From a virus, in IMG/VR virus record IMGVR_UViG_3300042691_032761: a stretch of DNA of 64,000 bases. The stretch is one strand, 5' to 3'. Under the pieces are notes generated by a model that was not told the DNA's origin, searched no databases, and was given only the letters and a program-made list of their open reading frames with translations. The position numbers and the translations under genes were made by a program. This document shows positions 1-8,404 of the stretch, in pieces (positions within the stretch are counted from its first letter, which is position 1; the number at the start of each line of letters is the position of its first letter).

Positions 1-55
1 TGTTTAGATGAATCTTCTGGAAAAATGCCGGTTTTTTCAATCCAGTAATTACTCA

Positions 56-247
56 TTAGTTATTCTCCAAGTAGTTATTAATAAAATCGGCCAAACCCCT
101 TAGTTCATTCTTACTAAATTTCATCCTCATCCAATCCCAAGAGATAGTATTATTAATAGTCAGATCAAATAGACCATTAACTCTCTCCAAATGAAATTTG
201 AAAACATCGGTTTTATAAAAGTCTTTTTTGATTAGTGGATTATTCAT
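56..247 (-). CDS. hypothetical protein
   Basis: 63-aa ORF with GGAG RBS; flanked by an 18-bp direct repeat. Confidence 0.6.
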   Translation of the reverse strand: MNNPLIKKDFYKTDVFKFHLERVNGLFDLTINNTISWDWMRMKFSKNELRGLADFINNYLENN

Positions 248-1062
248 TAGTTATTCTCCAATTTGCGGGTTAAGAACCCATTAAGGTTTGATTGTTTTGA
301 TTTCTTGCCCATTTCATCCCTATTTACCATAATTAAAGAATTGATTATTAGAAACTAGGGGCTTGATTTCTCTTAGACGGTTATGAATAATGGTCAAATT
401 TTTGGCTTCTGACACAAGTTTTTCGTGCAAAGTATCACCAATAATTCTTTTCAGGAGACAAATTTCCTTATCGGTTAGCAAAACTGTCCTATACATAAAA
501 GTTCATTTTCCCCGTTAAATATTAAGAAAACTACCATTACCACTAGTAGCGAGTATACCACAGAACCAAACGCTTGTCAATAGGGTTTATCGGCCATTTC
601 CTATAGTGGCCTTTAATCCATTTCTACCACGGCCATATTCAATAAGTAAAAATTGCTCGATTTTTTTGTCAAACTGATCGTATAAACTATTATTCCCCTG
701 CTTTTGCAGTATTGTACGATGGTGATCCTGTATATTCCTGGGAGTATTGGTATGACTGATAGAGTTTAGGAATATAAAAATGTGCGAAAGTCATGGTAAA
801 AACAGTGACTAATGCAACTACTACGAGACTTTTGATAAAAGGAACATGAAATTCATCGTTTTTCATTTTTCGGCCCTGATTATAAAAAAGGATACTATTG
901 TGCAGAAAAGGTAAAGGGTTCCCAAAAAAGTCCAGACTAAAATTTCTTGATCACTCATATGGATAACCATAAACATGATGCAGATATGAAACAAAAGATG
1001 CTTGGCCCATAGTAAGAACATACATTATTAGTAGGCCGTAATCTTGCATAATTCCTAGTTCA

Positions 1063-1248
1063 TTAATTATCATGTTTGTATTCTAGTTTTGGTAAAGGAC
1101 TATCTCCTGTGTGATCAATTATATTTGATATTGATACTATTAGCACCTTGTTTCTGTTGTCCGCAGAATCTTGTTGCTGTATTAGTTTCTGAATATCTCT
1201 AATTAATTTTTCCGCTTCCAAATTTTTATTCAACCTATAATATAACAT
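1063..1248 (-). CDS. hypothetical protein
   Basis: 61-aa ORF, same strand as neighbours. Confidence 0.5.
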   Translation of the reverse strand: MLYYRLNKNLEAEKLIRDIQKLIQQQDSADNRNKVLIVSISNIIDHTGDSPLPKLEYKHDN

Positions 1249-1353
1249 ACACTTTTGCTGACTACAACCACAAAAACCAAACTTGTTAGTTATGCTGGGA
1301 CAATTGACTGACTGTCTTCATGTCCGCAACTTTGTTAGATTAGATAATACAAA

Positions 1354-1440
1354 CGGAGAAAATAGGATTCGAACCTATGAAGGATTTTAACCCTTGACGG
1401 TTTAGTAAACCGTTGCATTAGACCTCTCTGCCATTTCTCC
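1354..1440 (-). tRNA. tRNA-Ser(ACT)
   Basis: Acceptor GGAGAAA/TTTCTCC, G73, long variable arm, T-arm ATAGG-TTCGAAT-CCTAT, anticodon arm ACGGT-TTACTAA-ACCGT. Confidence 0.85.
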
Positions 1441-1465
1441 ACCCCGATTATTTCAGGAAATTAAT

Positions 1466-1693
1466 TCACTGACAATGACGAGCATTGTATCGTGCAACCC
1501 TCCTTGATTTAGAATTCTGTGCCACCTTGTTGACAACTTTAAACGGTGCTGTTACAATCGCTCCAGTGGTTCGTGCAACAACAGATGCGGCAGAACGAAC
1601 TGGTGTTCTTGAACAGGTTCCGTTTGTGCAGTCAGCAAAAACAACCGAGGATGAAATTGCTGATACAACAATTGCTAGCATAAGATTCTTCAT
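1466..1693 (-). CDS. small secreted protein (signal peptide, CxNGxC)
   Basis: MKNLMLAIVVSAISSSVVFA signal peptide; AGGAG RBS. Confidence 0.7.
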   Translation of the reverse strand: MKNLMLAIVVSAISSSVVFADCTNGTCSRTPVRSAASVVARTTGAIVTAPFKVVNKVAQNSKSRRVARYNARHCQ

Positions 1694-2096
1694 AAATAAT
1701 CTCCTAAGTTAAAATTAAATTCTTTTCATTCCGTCCAAACAGCCTAGTATTCCAATTATTACCAATAAAGCGTACATATCCAACTTTCTTTTTTTGAGGT
1801 CATCACACTCTCAGTACCATAGTAACAACGAGGCCAGATTGTGTCAGCCTCTGGTTTCTTAGGCCACTTTCTTAATAAGAGATGGTCATAAAAAATTCTT
1901 ACCTTGACATACAAATTCCAAGACTCTATGTATTATGCAGCCGGTTTGTTAATAGTTTGAGTTTGAATAACAATAATCTCTATTACTACTCTCCTGCATA
2001 ACTAGTAGTAAGAAAGACTATAGTACTTCTAACAAGGGGAATAAGAAATTCTAGGTTGACCACAAATTCCACCTGACTACTATAGGGTACATCACA

Positions 2097-2324
2097 CTAC
2101 TGACTATCACCAAGTTCATCCAAGATAAGATCGTATAATATATCACAATCCATTTTGGGCGGCGCACAAATAGTCATCATATATTCTCTAGCCTCATTAC
2201 TATAATCATCACACAAGTAATATGGTTCAGAATCTATGTTGTAAGATACTGAAAGAGCCGATGAAACTATTAGGATATTTATTGGATTTAACATAATTAT
2301 TATCTCTGCATAAGGACCATACAT
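2097..2324 (-). CDS. hypothetical protein
   Basis: 75-aa ORF with hydrophobic N-terminus and acidic C-terminus. Confidence 0.45.
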   Translation of the reverse strand: MYGPYAEIIIMLNPINILIVSSALSVSYNIDSEPYYLCDDYSNEAREYMMTICAPPKMDCDILYDLILDELGDSQ

Positions 2325-2737
2325 TTTCGCTGACTACCAGCAACGGCAGCAAATCTGAAAGATTAGGTAATACAATCTAAATATTTTTGTGCCTTACATG
2401 CGTCTTTACAATACCAGTATACCACACAGTAACAATCGTCACAAGTCCTTGGTATTCATAGACTTGTGTTCAGTCTGACTATTACTATCCGCTTGCTGAC
2501 TGTTGGCATATTCGGCAAATCCGGTGGTTTTCATAGGACAAAATCATTTTATAATCCACAATAGATTTTTGCCCTAAACCCAACAGTACCAAGCACTTAC
2601 ATCCATTGTATCGTCAATCAGGCGGCTCGTCCATGAGGATGTAACAGATTCTTTGACATAAACCGTTGGTATCACTTAACTTAGGACGAAATTCGCGGGC
2701 CGGTTTGCTCTAAGTCCTTTGCTGTCAAGCACTTAGG

Positions 2738-2792
2738 AAAAGAGCAAGGACCGCCGCAGGTTATTCCCACTGTCCCTACGGCGGCCCCGCTC
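2738..2792 (-). terminator. intrinsic terminator after the DUF932 gene
   Basis: Long GC stem GAGC-GGGGCCGCCGTAGG/CCTGCGGCGGTCCT-TGCTC followed by TTTT. Confidence 0.6.
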
Positions 2793-2814
2793 CATCACGC
2801 ACCCCACGAAAGGA

Positions 2815-3762
2815 CTAGATGGCGTTGGCAAAATCCAGAGCCTTTGCCAGAGCCTTATTGTTGTCGTTAGCATTAACACCGAACCACAGAGAGTCGAGGC
2901 GGTTATCCTCGGTGCGACCCTTGTTGTAGTTCAGATATTCGTTGAAGCCGTTATAAGCGGCCCACCAAGTACCCCGAACATTGGTTGCACTCTGCTTCGG
3001 ACCCTCAACGAGAGCCAGAATCTCGTCCATGATATTGCGGGTACGAGTCTTAATATCGCCATCCGCAGTACCTTCGATGCCCAGCATCACTTTCACATAC
3101 CGACGAATATCGGCCTGATTGAAGTTCTTCGACGCGAGGAATCGGTACTGTTCCGCAGTAGCCTCAAACCCAGCATTGATATTGTCCATGATATCACGAA
3201 CCTGTTCCAGATTATTCTTGCTGGAACGAGTGTGACGAATACGAATCAGTTTGCTGTCCGCGTGACTGTGAGCAAACGCGAGCGTATTCACACAGACCAC
3301 CCGAATGGGGGTATAGCCCACGCGAATGGCGGTTGTGCCATCGTGCGAGTTGCTGAGCAGAATGAACTTGCACACTTCATCACCCGGAACAATCTCGCTA
3401 TTGTCGCGGTTGAGTTGAGCAAGCACCCAAACCTTTTGACCGCTATGGAGCGATCCGGCAGTATGGATTCCACACTCGCCAGCATCGAGAAACGGCTGGA
3501 ACCAATCAAACGCCTCACGATTCTGGAGCGGAGTATAACGCGGCCCAACAACGCCAAGGATGCTACCGTCGCTCTTGCGATAGGTGGCACGATGGTTGAC
3601 CGGAACACCGTCAACGGTCTGCAAGTCCTTCAGACCCACTTCCCAATCCAGACCAGCGGACACAATCGCGTCCTCAATACCGATATCGGCTTCGACCTTG
3701 TTGCCAAGGCCATGCCAAGGGGTGGTACCAACAAACATCATCTGTTCAACAGCAGCGGGCAT
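2815..3762 (-). CDS. DUF932/DUF945 phage-plasmid protein (TIGR03299 family)
   Basis: TPWHGLG N-terminus, LLSNSHDG and TPIRVVCVNTL motifs, GTWWAAYNGFNEY C-terminal motif. Confidence 0.85.
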   Translation of the reverse strand: MPAAVEQMMFVGTTPWHGLGNKVEADIGIEDAIVSAGLDWEVGLKDLQTVDGVPVNHRATYRKSDGSILGVVGPRYTPLQNREAFDWFQPFLDAGECGIHTAGSLHSGQKVWVLAQLNRDNSEIVPGDEVCKFILLSNSHDGTTAIRVGYTPIRVVCVNTLAFAHSHADSKLIRIRHTRSSKNNLEQVRDIMDNINAGFEATAEQYRFLASKNFNQADIRRYVKVMLGIEGTADGDIKTRTRNIMDEILALVEGPKQSATNVRGTWWAAYNGFNEYLNYNKGRTEDNRLDSLWFGVNANDNNKALAKALDFANAI

Positions 3763-3914
3763 ATCTAACTCCTTCGTGGTTGTGATTCTCGTTCTGATAC
3801 GCTGATTCTACACTATGGTATCGGCTTGTCAAGAGTCAAAACTTGCGAAAATCTTTTTTGCTCTAAGTCGTTGTGCTGTAAGGGTTTGCGTCGAGCGGGC
3901 CCGCCGCCTCGATC

Positions 3915-4421
3915 CTAAACCCTTGGCTTGCAAGGATTTAGGAAAGGCAGATTAAAATCTCTTTCAAAGAGTTTTACTGTTTCGGTATTATAGGCACATT
4001 CTTCTGGTATATAACAATATAGTCCTACACACCTTGCCCTCTCATGTTCATCAGAGATACTCCGTTGTATATGCCGCACAGTATTACCACTACATATAAG
4101 ATCGTCAAGGATAATGTACCTAAATGGTGCTACTCCCTCTATGGTAAAGTCCGAATAACATTTGTCATTTTTTTTACGAATAACAATAATATGCTTATTC
4201 AGTAGTTCAGCAACTTGCGGAACAACCATAAGGCCACTAGTCCCGCAGCAAGCAATACTATCAAAATCTTCAGATATCTTTCTCAAATCGCATACAGCCT
4301 TGATAATAATCTTATTTCTAACCTTATGGTTTAGAACATGGCAAGTATGACTAGCACCTTGAATGATTTTTCCATCTAAAGTTTTACGAATATCGTCGAT
4401 AGTATTGTTTAATACGTTCAT
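3915..4421 (-). CDS. type I phosphoribosyltransferase
   Basis: PRPP-binding loop YIILDDLICSGNT and VIRK motif; start moved to ATG 4421 because the upstream extension is a tRNA-like element. Confidence 0.8.
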   Translation of the reverse strand: MNVLNNTIDDIRKTLDGKIIQGASHTCHVLNHKVRNKIIIKAVCDLRKISEDFDSIACCGTSGLMVVPQVAELLNKHIIVIRKKNDKCYSDFTIEGVAPFRYIILDDLICSGNTVRHIQRSISDEHERARCVGLYCYIPEECAYNTETVKLFERDFNLPFLNPCKPRV

Positions 4422-4427
4422 AGTGAA

Positions 4428-4501
4428 AACAGACGGATGGATTCGAACCATCTAATAGAAAGAGAGATAATAGAATACTTGTCCCACCAAGTTGCGTCTG
4501 T
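4428..4501 (-). ncRNA. tRNA-like element with no pairable anticodon arm
   Basis: Acceptor ACAGACG/CGTCTGT, D-arm ACTT-GGTGGGAC-AAGT, T-arm GATGG-TTCGAAT-CCATC; central region pyrimidine-rich and unpaired. Confidence 0.6.
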
Positions 4502-4511
4502 TGCAGAGAAG

Positions 4512-4664
4512 TTAATCGTCCACTAGTTCGTCGGTTAGATTATGATAGTTATATTCCCACGAATCCTGGGAATCTTGTTCGTTTTCACAAAAAACGTATT
4601 CATCGTCATACAACTCATCAATGTTGTTGTAATCAAGATAATCACGATCATCATAATAAAGCAT
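4512..4664 (-). CDS. 50-aa highly acidic protein
   Basis: Not in the ORF track: MLYYDDRDYLDYNNIDELYDDEYVFCENEQDSQDSWEYNYHNLTDELVDD; AGGAG RBS and own promoter at 4687-4715. Confidence 0.7.
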   Translation of the reverse strand: MLYYDDRDYLDYNNIDELYDDEYVFCENEQDSQDSWEYNYHNLTDELVDD

Positions 4665-4716
4665 AAGTCTCTCCTTCTTTGCTTCTATTCTACACCAAAC
4701 CGGTCAAACTGTCAAG

Positions 4717-4790
4717 TGGGCCTCCCGGGACTCGAACCCGGAACTTACGGTTTAAAAGACCGCTACTCTAACCAGTTGAGTTAGAGGCCC
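4717..4790 (-). tRNA. tRNA-Lys(TTT)
   Basis: Full cloverleaf; anticodon arm GCGGT-CTTTTAA-ACCGT. Confidence 0.95.
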
Positions 4791-4845
4791 ATGTGAGACT
4801 GATTATACAGGAGCCTCAACCTGTTGTCAAGCGTCAGCCTCCGAG

Positions 4846-4921
4846 TAGGGCGAGTAGGAGTCGAACCTACCTATGAACACCTTATAAGAGTGTCGGATGC
4901 AACCGGCTTACCTTCCGCCCC
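4846..4921 (-). tRNA. tRNA-Ile(TAT)
   Basis: Anticodon arm ACACT-CTTATAA-GGTGT; T-arm GTAGG-TTCGACT-CCTAC; non-canonical A8 and weak D-stem. Confidence 0.75.
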
Positions 4922-4975
4922 GTGTTGTGATTATACTATAGTTATCGGCGTTGTCAAGAGTAAACTTTAATCTAA

Positions 4976-5047
4976 CTGGCTCGGTAGGACTCGAACCTAC
5001 AACCGGGCGGTTAACAGCCGCCAGCTCGACCATTGAGCTACGAGCCA
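4976..5047 (-). tRNA. tRNA-Asn(GTT)
   Basis: Cloverleaf; GGCGG-CTGTTAA-CCGCC; G73. Confidence 0.95.
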
Positions 5048-5052
5048 ATAAG

Positions 5053-5123
5053 TTCCGGGGCTAGGATTCGAACCCAGACAAAGAGAACCAAAATCTCTGG
5101 TGCTACCGTTACACTACCCCGGA
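5053..5123 (-). tRNA. tRNA-Gln(TTG)
   Basis: Cloverleaf; AGAGA-TTTTGGT-TCTCT; U1-A72. Confidence 0.92.
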
Positions 5124-5125
5124 GT

Positions 5126-5329
5126 CTACATATCATACTCACGACGCCACTGTTTGTCAACGGCCTTGCGGGTACGCTGTCGCTTGGGGCGATTGTCGAA
5201 CGTAGTATCCGTTTTGTGTTCCCTGTGTCCCTGACGCATTTCCCACGGCATAACCTTCTTGATTTTGATTACGTTGCGGCGTGGCCTCATATCGTCGTTG
5301 TTGTGGAGGGTAATCATACCATGTACCAT
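5126..5329 (-). CDS. basic hypothetical protein
   Basis: Arg/Lys-rich ORF ending 2 nt before tRNA-Gln; overlaps the next ORF in another frame. Confidence 0.5.
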   Translation of the reverse strand: MVHGMITLHNNDDMRPRRNVIKIKKVMPWEMRQGHREHKTDTTFDNRPKRQRTRKAVDKQWRREYDM

Positions 5330-5516
5330 TTTCGTGTTGGTAATAAACCTTATTTGTGTTAGGATCGTAAGCCATCAAACAATACTGAATCGGATAGTTA
5401 GTTTTTACACTATCGGTTTGATTTGTCAAGGGTTTGAGTTGACCGTTTGAATAATCCTTATACCCATTATAAACAAAACCCAATAATGCCAAAACTATTG
5501 GAATCCATTGTACCAT
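5157..5516 (-). CDS. membrane-anchored hypothetical protein
   Basis: N-terminal TM segment MVQWIPIVLALLGFVY; AAGGG RBS; sigma28-type promoter at 5559-5586. Confidence 0.55.
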   Translation of the reverse strand: MVQWIPIVLALLGFVYNGYKDYSNGQLKPLTNQTDSVKTNYPIQYCLMAYDPNTNKVYYQHENGTWYDYPPQQRRYEATPQRNQNQEGYAVGNASGTQGTQNGYYVRQSPQATAYPQGR

Positions 5517-5656
5517 ACCGTTTCCCTTTGTCAAGAGCCGCTTCGTTCCCATACCCTAGTATCGACATTCTGTAGACATCACTTTAAAAAATCTTTGGCA
5601 TGGTATTCGCCGCCCGCGGATTTGCCCTAAGTCCTTTATGGCCAAAGGTTTAGGAA

Positions 5657-5728
5657 TAGCCCCAAGAGGAATCGAACCTCTAACCAGTGCTTAGAAGGCA
5701 CTTGTTATATCCATTTAACTATGGGGCC
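5657..5728 (-). tRNA. tRNA-Arg(TCT)
   Basis: Cloverleaf; AGTGC-CTTCTAA-GCACT. Confidence 0.93.
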
Positions 5729-5729
5729 G

Positions 5730-5910
5730 TCAACGCCGCAAGCCCCGGTGGCGTCCCACCGAGGCTATGCGGTTCGATAGTGTTGTCATCTTACTATCTT
5801 ATATAGTAATAATCTCTAAAGGGTAGACAACTTCGTGGTTACCATCCACTTATCTGGTTGGTTAGACCCCTTTAGGTTGCACCTTTGGCCTTGCAACGAG
5901 CCATCTTACC
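5730..5910 (-). ncRNA. candidate structured RNA leader upstream of tRNA-Arg
   Basis: No ORF; stems GTTGCA/TGCAAC, CTAAAGGG/CCCTTTAG, TTACTAT/ATAGTAA, CCGCA-AGCCTCGGTGG/CCACCGGGGCT-TGCGG. Confidence 0.45.
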
Positions 5911-6192
5911 TATTACGCGGGAGTTACCCCGCCGCACTATGCCTAAAATCTATTTATACTGGCATAGTCCAGTGATATTCAACTTTCGATAAGCGTAGCC
6001 TTGGTTTCGGTTCCAGTAGCATCATTTGCAAGATTCAACTGGTCATTCAACCATCGAACAAACTCGCTCTTATCAAAATCTTGATTATCTGTAATCTCAA
6101 CTGTAAACTTCATAATATTCTCTCTTTCTTATTACGCGGGTCGAAACCCGCCGCACTATGCCTAAAACCTGTTTATACTGGCATAGTCCAGT
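5911..6192. repeat. 63-nt structured direct repeat (5911-5973, 6130-6192)
   Basis: Identical except for a 6-nt hairpin loop and one compensatory pair. Confidence 0.85.
5979..6113 (-). CDS. 44-aa hypothetical protein between the 63-nt repeats
   Basis: MKFTVEITDNQDFDKSEFVRWLNDQLNLANDATGTETKATLIES; purine-rich RBS. Confidence 0.6.
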   Translation of the reverse strand: MKFTVEITDNQDFDKSEFVRWLNDQLNLANDATGTETKATLIES

Positions 6193-6196
6193 TTTG

Positions 6197-6457
6197 TCAA
6201 GCGGTAGCCTCCGCAGTCTCACGCTTAGACTTTTTCGGATTCGCGGAATCACCCGCAGCATCCGCAGTCACGCCGGTCACCCTGGCACGCCAAACCTTGT
6301 AACCCTGCTCCGAAAACGCCTTGACTTCTCCAGCCTTGACGCTCGCGTGAACGTCACCGGGAAGCGTATCGGCCAGACACTCACGAATAGCCTCAGTCAC
6401 AACTTCGCGGTCGAGAGCATCGGCAACAACGTCAACATTGAAAGAAAACTTCTGCAT
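6197..6457 (-). CDS. hypothetical protein
   Basis: Start MQKFSF with GGAG RBS; promoter at 6497-6526. Confidence 0.7.
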   Translation of the reverse strand: MQKFSFNVDVVADALDREVVTEAIRECLADTLPGDVHASVKAGEVKAFSEQGYKVWRARVTGVTADAAGDSANPKKSKRETAEATA

Positions 6458-6695
6458 GATAAAAACTCCAAAAAGTGTAATCGAACCAAGTAAAGTAATG
6501 ATACCCAAACCATCATCACTTGTCAAGTGCTAGACCGAACTTTTTGGCGTTGCGGTTGGTTAGCGTCTTGTCGTGTGATGCTATCAGTATACCACTGTTA
6601 TCGGCACTGTCAACACCGCTTCATGAATCTTTTTTTGATTTGCTGTAAGTTGTTGTGTAGCAAGGGTTTACGTCAAGGCGGCCGGCCGCCCTCGC

Positions 6696-6944
6696 CTATT
6701 CTTCGTCGCCCCTAGATAGTTCCCAACCCGCAGCCCTTACAATACTTTTAGTAGCGATCACATTAGTTTGTGGATCAGCACTAACATAATCCCTATAGCC
6801 ACGTTCATCAACATAGAAATACTCGTCGATAGTATCAAACTTATTAGTCAATAACAATCCACTAATCGCAGCCTCAAGAGCATCTCTTTTACTTAGTGTA
6901 ACTTCTAGTGTGCCAGATTTGATATAAAACTTACCCATGGTCAA
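6696..6944 (-). CDS. hypothetical protein
   Basis: Translationally coupled to the upstream ORF. Confidence 0.65.
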   Translation of the reverse strand: MTMGKFYIKSGTLEVTLSKRDALEAAISGLLLTNKFDTIDEYFYVDERGYRDYVSADPQTNVIATKSIVRAAGWELSRGDEE

Positions 6945-7165
6945 CTCCCAAGGCTAATAAGAATATCGTCGTCAAAATCGCCAAAATCCAAATCCTCGTC
7001 AATATCCAGCAGAGCATTTAGCCAGTAACCATGAATAAGTGTGTCGGCATTAGTACCAAAACTTATATCACTATTAGAAATAGCGTCCATTACATCGTCA
7101 TAGTCTAACTTATTATGATCGCACACATCCTTCAAGGCCAGACATTCGTGAGTAAAACTTTTCAT
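6941..7165 (-). CDS. acidic hypothetical protein
   Basis: Asp-rich; AGGAG RBS. Confidence 0.7.
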   Translation of the reverse strand: MKSFTHECLALKDVCDHNKLDYDDVMDAISNSDISFGTNADTLIHGYWLNALLDIDEDLDFGDFDDDILISLGS

Positions 7166-7173
7166 TACAACTC

Positions 7174-7878
7174 CTAGTGAGAGGGAAACAACACGTTAGC
7201 CAAACCGCGAACACACAAGTTACAGTCTACACTACCCTTAGTCGGAGTGCAAGTCACAACGCCACGACCACGGCGGATTTCGGGACAAGTCACAAACTTC
7301 TCTCCGTCGATGATTACCAGTTTAGGCAGACTCTTACGCCACACTTCCGCAGCGGCTTTACGCTTGGGACGCTTTTTGGCAATCTTTTCGTCACTATCGC
7401 ACCACGCGAACAGTTTGAAACCCGCCAGCGATGCCGTAGCCTTGTCATTAGCATTATGCACACTGGCATAGACTGCCATATACTTATCCATCATGCTAAG
7501 GCGAGGATCATAGATATGGGTATAAAACCACATATCGGGAAGCGTAGCACCATCGGCAAGAATACTCTCGCAAGCCCACACTACATTGTCAACGTAGTCG
7601 GTGTCTAGTTCGCCATTGAGAAACCAATCGCCACGCTCATGCCAACGAATACTCTTACCTTGACGAATAGCGTCCAGAATCATGGAGCGAATACGTCCAC
7701 GCTCAGTAATGACGTTTTGCATACCAGCAGGACGAACATTAGGATACATTTTCTCAGTCTGCTCGGCATAACAACCGTTACCGAGAAACTCACACGTTGA
7801 CGGACAAGTATCGCCAACTGGCCTAGAAACGACCAAACAACCCTTGCCCAACTTGTCATTACCGTTTGCAACTTTCAT
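7174..7878 (-). CDS. GP88-like Cys-rich phage protein (probable Fe-S/metal binding)
   Basis: GNDKLG, TCPxxCxxxxxxCYA, IRWHERGDW, WFYTH and C-terminal CP...CxxC motifs. Confidence 0.65.
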   Translation of the reverse strand: MKVANGNDKLGKGCLVVSRPVGDTCPSTCEFLGNGCYAEQTEKMYPNVRPAGMQNVITERGRIRSMILDAIRQGKSIRWHERGDWFLNGELDTDYVDNVVWACESILADGATLPDMWFYTHIYDPRLSMMDKYMAVYASVHNANDKATASLAGFKLFAWCDSDEKIAKKRPKRKAAAEVWRKSLPKLVIIDGEKFVTCPEIRRGRGVVTCTPTKGSVDCNLCVRGLANVLFPSH

Positions 7879-8011
7879 GATTCTCTCCTAGCGTGTCTCG
7901 TGATTCTACACTAGATTATCGGCACTGTCAAGCGGTTTTCTTTAGAAAAAGTTTGGCACGGTATTCGCGCCCGCCGCCTTGCCCTAAGTTGTTTAGCAGC
8001 AAGGCTTTAGG

Positions 8012-8404
8012 TCAAGAGAGATAACCCTCACAACCCAAATCGACCAGTTCTCGCAGCAGATTCTCAGCCGCTTCGGGAGTTGCAAGAGAGATGCTGTGCT
8101 TTGCTCCAACCTTAGCCGGAACAAACTTATCATACTTCCAACCGCCAACCAGATAGTCGGTCCATTCCTTGGCTTCCCTCAGTCCCCAGCCAGTATGGAT
8201 ACGAATAGCCTTGATGCACTTGATTCTGTTATCAAGGCTCAAGCCGCCGGTAATGGTAACGATCTTGTTCTGGTTCACACCCAACGCCACTTCGATAGCG
8301 TTGATGATGCGATCACGAAGGCTTCTGCCCTCATCACCACCGTAGTTGTCGCACTGGTTAGCGAACAGAACAGCCTCACGCACAGTCAAATCAACCTTGA
8401 TCAT
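8012..8404 (-). CDS. ribosomal protein bL12 (L7/L12) C-terminal-domain-like protein
   Basis: RIKCIKAIRIHTGWGLREAKEW...EAAENLLRELVDLG matches the bL12 CTD pattern KIxVIKxVRxxTGLGLKEAKxxV...EEAExxKxxLEEAG. Confidence 0.75.
   Translation of the reverse strand: MIKVDLTVREAVLFANQCDNYGGDEGRSLRDRIINAIEVALGVNQNKIVTITGGLSLDNRIKCIKAIRIHTGWGLREAKEWTDYLVGGWKYDKFVPAKVGAKHSISLATPEAAENLLRELVDLGCEGYLS

Noticed and set aside
1354-1440. Amber suppressor (CTA) reading of the tRNA and genome recoding
   Set aside because: The 5-bp stem places ACT at positions 34-36; long genes are intact in code 11 and TAG/TGA serve as normal stops.
750-2500. Scattered TGACTA hexamers
   Set aside because: Too short and irregular in AT-rich DNA to support beyond the 44-bp element.
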